Assembly: GCA_963667755.2 (NCBI GenBank)
Contig: CAXXLK010000002.1
Coordinates: forward strand, 928,118-968,117
Origin: Desulfobacterales bacterium
Lineage (GTDB): Bacteria; Desulfobacterota; Desulfobacteria; Desulfobacterales; 4572-123
DNA: 40,000 nucleotides
Direction of reading: 5' to 3'
In this document: in pieces, positions 35,821 through 40,000 of the stretch
How positions within the stretch are numbered: the stretch's first letter is position 1
How the letters are laid out: each line of letters starts with the position of its first letter
Program-made: the position numbers and the translations under genes
The notes under the pieces: generated by a model
Told to the model about the DNA's origin: nothing
Database searches by the model: none
The model's input: the letters and a program-made list of their open reading frames with translations, nothing else

Positions 35821-37314
35821 TTATTTCTGGGAAACCGTGGCCCGTTTTTCTTTTGCTTGGGCCTCGGCATTTTCAAATATTGTGTTTAACTGGGCCTGAA
35901 TGTTTTCAGGCAATGCTTCTACCTTGTGGCTGGCGATGATGTGGGCTGCCCTGGCATAGGCTTTTTCCACAACATCCTTTGATCCATCTGCAATCCAGCC
36001 GTCACGGCTTTTTCTGTCAAAAAGGTCTCCCTGGGACTGCCGCCGCATATTTTTAAAGGTATGCGGATGGGTGATGAATTCACCGCCGTGGCCCACCTCT
36101 TTGATGACGTCAAAAGCAATGGCTTCATCGGTAATGGTAAATCCTTCGACTGCCTTCATGATCATTCTCAGCATTTCATTGTGTAAAACCGCCTGGGCGT
36201 AATCCCAGGTCAAACCGCTGTCAAGCATCCCGAGGCCGTAAATCAGGTTGGCACCTGCCAACGCCGTTAAAGTGGCCGTTAAGGTATATTCATGGGCTGC
36301 CTGCGCATCGGGCATTTTGCTGTCCACCTATCCACCGGCGACCCAGGAGGGGAGCCGGTAAAACTTGGCCAATTTGGCGATGGCAGCGCTGAACATCCCC
36401 ATTTCCGGAGTCCCCATGGCCGCCAGTCCGGTTTTAAGGTCCATGATGCTGGTGGAACTGCCGTATACCATGTGATGGCCCTTGCGGACAGCCTGTCCCA
36501 GGACAATCATGCTTAAATTTTCAGCATTATGGGTGACAAGACTGCTGGCCAGGTTGATGCAGGTGGTGCCACCCGCCAGTCCAAGGGGGTTGATTTTCAG
36601 GGGGACGCCCAGTCGACAGGCTTCAATCAGAACGTCGCAGGCATCTTTTGAATGCAGCAACGGGCTGATGGGATCACAGGTTGTGGAGAAAATCGGTCTT
36701 TCACGGAATTTGTCATCACCGCCGGCCACAACGGAGGCCATCTTAAAACAGGTCCTCAGATTTTCAACCGAGTTGATGCCGATATAGCCATGTTTGGTGC
36801 AGGAATTCAAAAAACTTTTAATGTTGTAAAGACAGCAGATATCCTGGTCCATATCGCAGGGGGTTAACGGTCTTTCAAACACAACGACCTGGTCCAGTGC
36901 ATCCAGAAATAACGTGGCGTCATCAACGTCAGCTTTTGTGGGGGTTCTTAATTTTCTGGTTTTGGGGTCGATCATCATGGGGGCTTCGCCAAAATTGACA
37001 AATCCCGACCGACCGTTTTCACAGACATAATCCTTTTCAGGATCACGGGCGCAAGCCTTAAAAGTGGAAGGGCAGGACCTGATGGCATCTTCAACCAGAT
37101 GGGCTGGAATTTTGACTATTTTGGTTCTATTATTGACAATACAACCAATTCCGTCAAAAATTTCAAGGGCCTGGGAGCTTTCCACTTTGACTCCCATTTC
37201 CCAGAGAATTTCCAGAGTAGCCAGATGAATTTTTTCCAATTCGTCATCGGAAAACATGTTCAGACCGATACCACTGGTCAGAACGGTTCCCGGCTGCAAA
37301 TTTCTTACCGCCAT
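35821..37314 (-). CDS. mttB: Trimethylamine:corrinoid methyltransferase MttB with in-frame UAG (predicted pyrrolysine), copy 2
   Basis: Track ORFs 36328..37314 and 35821..36327 are contiguous in one frame and separated only by TAG at 36328-36330: ...FYRLPSWVAGG[TAG]VDSKMPDAQAAHEYT... The gene is 497 codons and colinear with copy 1 throughout. Confidence 0.85.
36328..36330 (-). other. In-frame UAG, candidate pyrrolysine codon (mttB copy 2)
   Basis: The minus strand reads GGT GGA TAG GTG GAC AGC AAA. This is the same GG-TAG-xDSK context as copy 1. Confidence 0.85.
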
Positions 37315-37714
37315 AATTGGTTTCCTTCATTTTCATAGAAAGACGATAAAATTTCGGTTTTTTACCGGAGGCTGCCTATATATGGTATGTTTTTTCCGGT
37401 AATGAAAGACTCTCCTTGTGCGTTGCAACAGCTTTTAATTATAGATATTTTTTTGTTGAATCCCTCCTTAATTTATTAAATAAAAATTCAAAATAATGTA
37501 CCATTTGATCGCCTATAAACCCTTAAGGGCGCGGTATAATGACTCTGGGTCAAAAAGTCAATCATAATCATCACAAAAGGGTGTATTTTTATGATTCAGT
37601 GTACAAAAATACCCCCTTGATGGCATCGGCCGCCTGCATCAGTTCAGGTAAAAAGAGCTGGCTCCTGCCAAAAAGATCGCTTATTTAGTGTCCCTATCGG
37701 GGATGGTTGAAACC

Positions 37715-37732
37715 CTTCGCCTTTAGGCGAAG
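37715..37732 (+). repeat. Hairpin upstream of the IS200-like tnpA start (candidate left-end subterminal hairpin)
   Basis: CTTCGCC-ttta-GGCGAAG forms a perfect 7-bp stem 21 nt upstream of the ATG at 37753. Confidence 0.4.
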
Positions 37733-37752
37733 AAAAATATATAATTGTCGCT

Positions 37753-37878
37753 ATGCAACTTTACAAACTTGGAGCCCATACAAAAACTGATCTCAAAGCA
37801 CATGTGATTTGGATACCCAAATACCGTAAAAAAGTATTGACGGGAGAGGTAGCCATCCGAACCAGAGACATATTGCGG
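37753..37878 (+). pseudogene. IS200/IS605-family Y1 transposase (TnpA), N-terminal fragment
   Basis: MQLYKLGAHTKTDLKAHVIWIPKYRKKVLTGEVAIRTRDILR matches the HxxxxLxxHIVxxPKYRRKVLxGEV pattern. The HUH (DHVHLL) segment that should follow is missing. Confidence 0.65.
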
Positions 37879-38582
37879 TATGTACTCATGGATAGCTGGT
37901 TTACCAAGCCAGCGAACATTTGCGCACTGAGAGAACACCTGGACGTGATTGGCATGCTCAGCAAGACGCCCAAGGTTTTTGCTATGAGCACGACGGAAGA
38001 AAACGGAACTTGATGGAGATCTACCAAAATCTTACCAAGCGCCGAGGGCGAGCCAAAATACTGGCATCTACCACCGTAACACTTAGCGACGGTAAAATGG
38101 CCAAAATCGTTTTTGTCCGGGATCGCCGCAAAAAGGACTGGTTGGCGTTATTGTCCACCGATACCGGCCTGGCCGATGCCGAGGTGGTTCGTATTTACGG
38201 AAAGCGCTGGGACATTGAGGTCTTGTTCAAAATGACCAAACAGCATCTGAAACTCGTCAAGGAGATCCAATGCCGGGATTTCGATATGCTGATAGCACAC
38301 ACGACCATTGTATTTATGCGATACATGTTCATCGCCTACAGGGTGCGCGTGGAGTCGGATCACCGTATCTTTGGTGATTTGTTTTATGCATGTTGCCAAG
38401 AACTTGATGATATCGGTTTTGTTGAAGCTTTTGACAGAATAATGACTTTGGCCGTTGAACAATTACGGCAGATGGGAACGTTCTGTGAAAGAACAGCTAT
38501 GGCCTTTTTCGATAATGTGATGGCCACAGCTTTGAAGTACGTCATTTTGTCAAAGAACAGAGTGATCACTGTCAATTGTTAA
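37879..38582 (+). pseudogene. IS4-family DDE transposase, 3' fragment with a frameshift
   Basis: It begins at YVLMDSWF (second catalytic-D region) with no upstream N-terminal domain. There is a frameshift in the T5 run at 37976-37980; adding one T joins KVF to CYEHDGRK. The YREK signature YGKRWDIEVLFKMTK is present, and the stop is at 38580-38582. Confidence 0.6.
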
Positions 38583-38595
38583 AGTCGAAAGTTGA

Positions 38596-38862
38596 GTTTA
38601 TATCATATCGACCGACCCAAAATATAATCAAGATTATATGCAGTGGCTAAAAGGGATAAGCTCCCGAATATTATTATCGGAATTTGCCCACTTACGAAAA
38701 CAATTTTGGGGTCGACATTTAGGGTCTCGCAGTTATCTTGCCGTAAACTCAGATAATATTACTGATGATGCCGTTCAAAAGTATATTGAAGCGCAAGAGG
38801 GTGAACCCGTTGTCGATAACAATCGATTTAAATCGACACCTCTTAAACCCCTCGTCTTGTAG
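38596..38862 (+). pseudogene. IS200/IS605-family TnpA, C-terminal fragment
   Basis: VYIISTDPKYNQDYMQWLKGISSRILLSEFAHLRKQFWGRHLGSRSYLAVNSDNITDDAVQKYIEAQ matches the PPKxSxSxxxxxLKGxSS...FWxxxY pattern of IS200 TnpA. Confidence 0.65.
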
Positions 38863-38870
38863 ACGAGGGG
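38848..38870 (+). repeat. Hairpin spanning the tnpA stop codon (candidate right-end hairpin)
   Basis: CCCCTCGTCT-tgt-AGACGAGGGG forms a perfect 10-bp stem. Confidence 0.5.
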
Positions 38871-38942
38871 TATTTAGTTAATTCGGGCTTCGGCTTTTGT
38901 GAACCCACCGATTTTACCTAGCCCCAACGTTGAATTAAATAT

Positions 38943-40000
38943 TTATATCTTTTTCAATCCAGCTTCCATAATCTCAAAGGCCCGGCCCAGCTGTTCATCG
39001 GTGATGACAAAAGGCGCCAATACCCGGATCACATTGCCATAAATGCCGCAGGAGAGAATCACCAGACCCAAATCCAGACAATGGGCACAGAGCGCTTTAG
39101 CCTTGTCCGGTGCTGGAGATCCATCCGGGTTAACAAGGGTGATACCGGCCATGGCACCCACTCCGCGAACCTCTCCCACTTTATCAAACTGATCCTTCCA
39201 CCTCCCGAATCGGGTCTGGAGTTTCTGGCCCAGAACCACCGATTTTTCTAATATATTTTCTTGTTCAAAGATATCAAGAACGGCCAGAGCTGCGGCACAG
39301 GCTAGGGGATTACCACTGTACGTCCCCCCAAGTCCTGCCGGATGCACACTGTCCATGATCTCTTTTCTGCCCACCACGGCACTTAAGGGCATGCCGGCGG
39401 CAAGACTTTTAGCGACCGTCACCAGATCCGGTTCCACACCCCAGTGTTCCATGGCAAACATTCTCCCTGTGCGGCCCATGCCGCTCTGGATCTCATCGGC
39501 CACAAACAAAATGCCATGTTGTTTGCAAAGGGCTGACACCTTTTTAAAATAGCCGTCAGGGGGCGCAATGAAACCGCCTTCTCCCTGGACCGGTTCCGCC
39601 ACGATTGCAGCCACCTCAGAAGGATCCACGCCGGTAATCAAGAGCTTTTTCAGCGCTTCAATGTCTCCAAAGGGTGCCCGGTAAATCTCGGGGGCAAAGG
39701 GGCCAAATCCCTTTTTATAAGGCAGTACCTTGGCGGTCATGGTCATGGTGAGAAGGGTTCGGCCATGGTAGGCGTTGTCAAATACAATAATACCCGGTCG
39801 TTTCGTGTAATAGCGTGCCACCTTTACCGCATTTTCAACGGCCTCTGCACCACTGTTGAGAAACAACACCTTTTTATCAAAATTTCCCGGGGTGAGTTTG
39901 GATAATCTATAGGCCAGAGTTACAGCGGACGCATAGGGGTGCACCATAAAGCAGGTGTGGGTGAACGCCGCTGCCTGATCTTGAATGGCCTTGACTACTT
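38943..40000 (-). CDS. Class-III aminotransferase, 4-aminobutyrate aminotransferase-like (5' end outside the window)
   Basis: The frame stays open upstream of the track's ATG at 39947 (VVKAIQDQAAAFTHTCFMVHPY...), so the gene extends past 40000. Motifs seen: NSGAEAVENAVKVAR, FVADEIQSGMGRTG and DLVTVAKSLAAGMPLSA (PLP-Lys). Confidence 0.8.
   Translation of the reverse strand, partial: VVKAIQDQAAAFTHTCFMVHPYASAVTLAYRLSKLTPGNFDKKVLFLNSGAEAVENAVKVARYYTKRPGIIVFDNAYHGRTLLTMTMTAKVLPYKKGFGPFAPEIYRAPFGDIEALKKLLITGVDPSEVAAIVAEPVQGEGGFIAPPDGYFKKVSALCKQHGILFVADEIQSGMGRTGRMFAMEHWGVEPDLVTVAKSLAAGMPLSAVVGRKEIMDSVHPAGLGGTYSGNPLACAAALAVLDIFEQENILEKSVVLGQKLQTRFGRWKDQFDKVGEVRGVGAMAGITLVNPDGSPAPDKAKALCAHCLDLGLVILSCGIYGNVIRVLAPFVITDEQLGRAFEIMEAGLKKI

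Larger units (their letters stand above)
37715..38870 (+). mobile_element. Degenerate IS200/IS605-family element whose tnpA is interrupted and partly replaced by a 5'-truncated IS4-family transposase gene
   Basis: Bounded by two perfect hairpins (37715-37732 and 38848-38870). The internal coding fragments are listed as separate features. TATTTAGT occurs just outside the left side (37682-37689) and just after the right hairpin (38871-38878). Confidence 0.6.

Noticed and set aside
37362-37402. Inverted repeat TTACCGGA ... TCCGGTAA (25-nt spacer) 48-88 nt upstream of the mttB copy 2 start, as an operator
   Set aside because: Roughly twenty 8-bp inverted repeats with spacers under 40 nt are expected by chance in this window, and it does not recur upstream of the other methyltransferase genes.
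37655-37671. Sigma-54-like promoter TTGGCAGGAGCCAGCTC on the minus strand upstream of mttB copy 2
   Set aside because: The GG and GC elements are one base closer than the TGGCAC-N5-TTGC consensus, and the -12 box is AGCT rather than TTGC. That is too weak to call.
1-40000. CRISPR arrays, rRNA or tRNA genes, and defence-system-like gene sets
   Set aside because: I saw no regularly spaced direct repeats, no rRNA- or tRNA-like sequences and no nuclease, helicase or methylase gene combinations. The window is metabolic plus IS debris.

Overview
This 40 kb window is densely coding, mostly on the minus strand. All family calls come from motifs I recognise by eye; no searches were run. The gene content (tungsten-type aldehyde:ferredoxin oxidoreductase, Etf-coupled FAD dehydrogenases, corrinoid methyltransferases) suggests a strict anaerobe, possibly Desulfobacterota-like, but that is inference only.

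Gene content, left to right:
- 1-2289: a partial secreted S10-type peptidase, a decayed gene relic and a DUF2058 gene.
- 2684-17981: a 12-gene co-directional catabolic cluster. In transcription order it encodes a beta-hydroxyacid dehydrogenase, AOR, a polyferredoxin, a non-pyrrolysine MttB-family methyltransferase, a KduD-like SDR, an FAD oxidase, EtfB, EtfA, a second FAD oxidase, an FGGY kinase, a 556-aa GalT-like unknown and an acyl-CoA dehydrogenase.
- 18349-18744: a universal stress protein gene.
- 18835-26089: a peptide/opine-type ABC transporter operon with an embedded CoA-transferase-GNAT fusion gene.
- 26370-26954: a chimeric alcohol-dehydrogenase/AOR pseudogene.
- 27231-37314: a roughly 10 kb methylamine-methyltransferase block.
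- 37715-38870: nested IS200/IS4 debris.
- 38943-40000: a partial GabT-like aminotransferase.

The main result is in the methyltransferase block. Three genes are each split in the ORF track by one in-frame TAG: two mttB-type trimethylamine methyltransferases and one mtbB-type dimethylamine methyltransferase. In each case the TAG sits at the family-specific pyrrolysine position, so this organism very likely decodes UAG as pyrrolysine. No pylTSBCD genes, mtmB, RamA-type activase or methylcorrinoid:THF/CoM methyltransferase are visible in the window.

Other points worth follow-up:
- One Pyl-mttB is co-operonic with an omega-aminotransferase and a CoA-acylating semialdehyde dehydrogenase.
- The corrinoid gene downstream of mtbB carries three lesions.
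- The intact corrinoid gene itself ends in TAG.
- A non-Pyl MttB homologue has no adjacent corrinoid partner and is tightly coupled to AOR and a ferredoxin.
- An EtfBA pair sits between two FAD oxidases, with four consecutive ATGA overlaps.
- A long-stem structured element lies in the mmsA/lrp divergent intergenic region.
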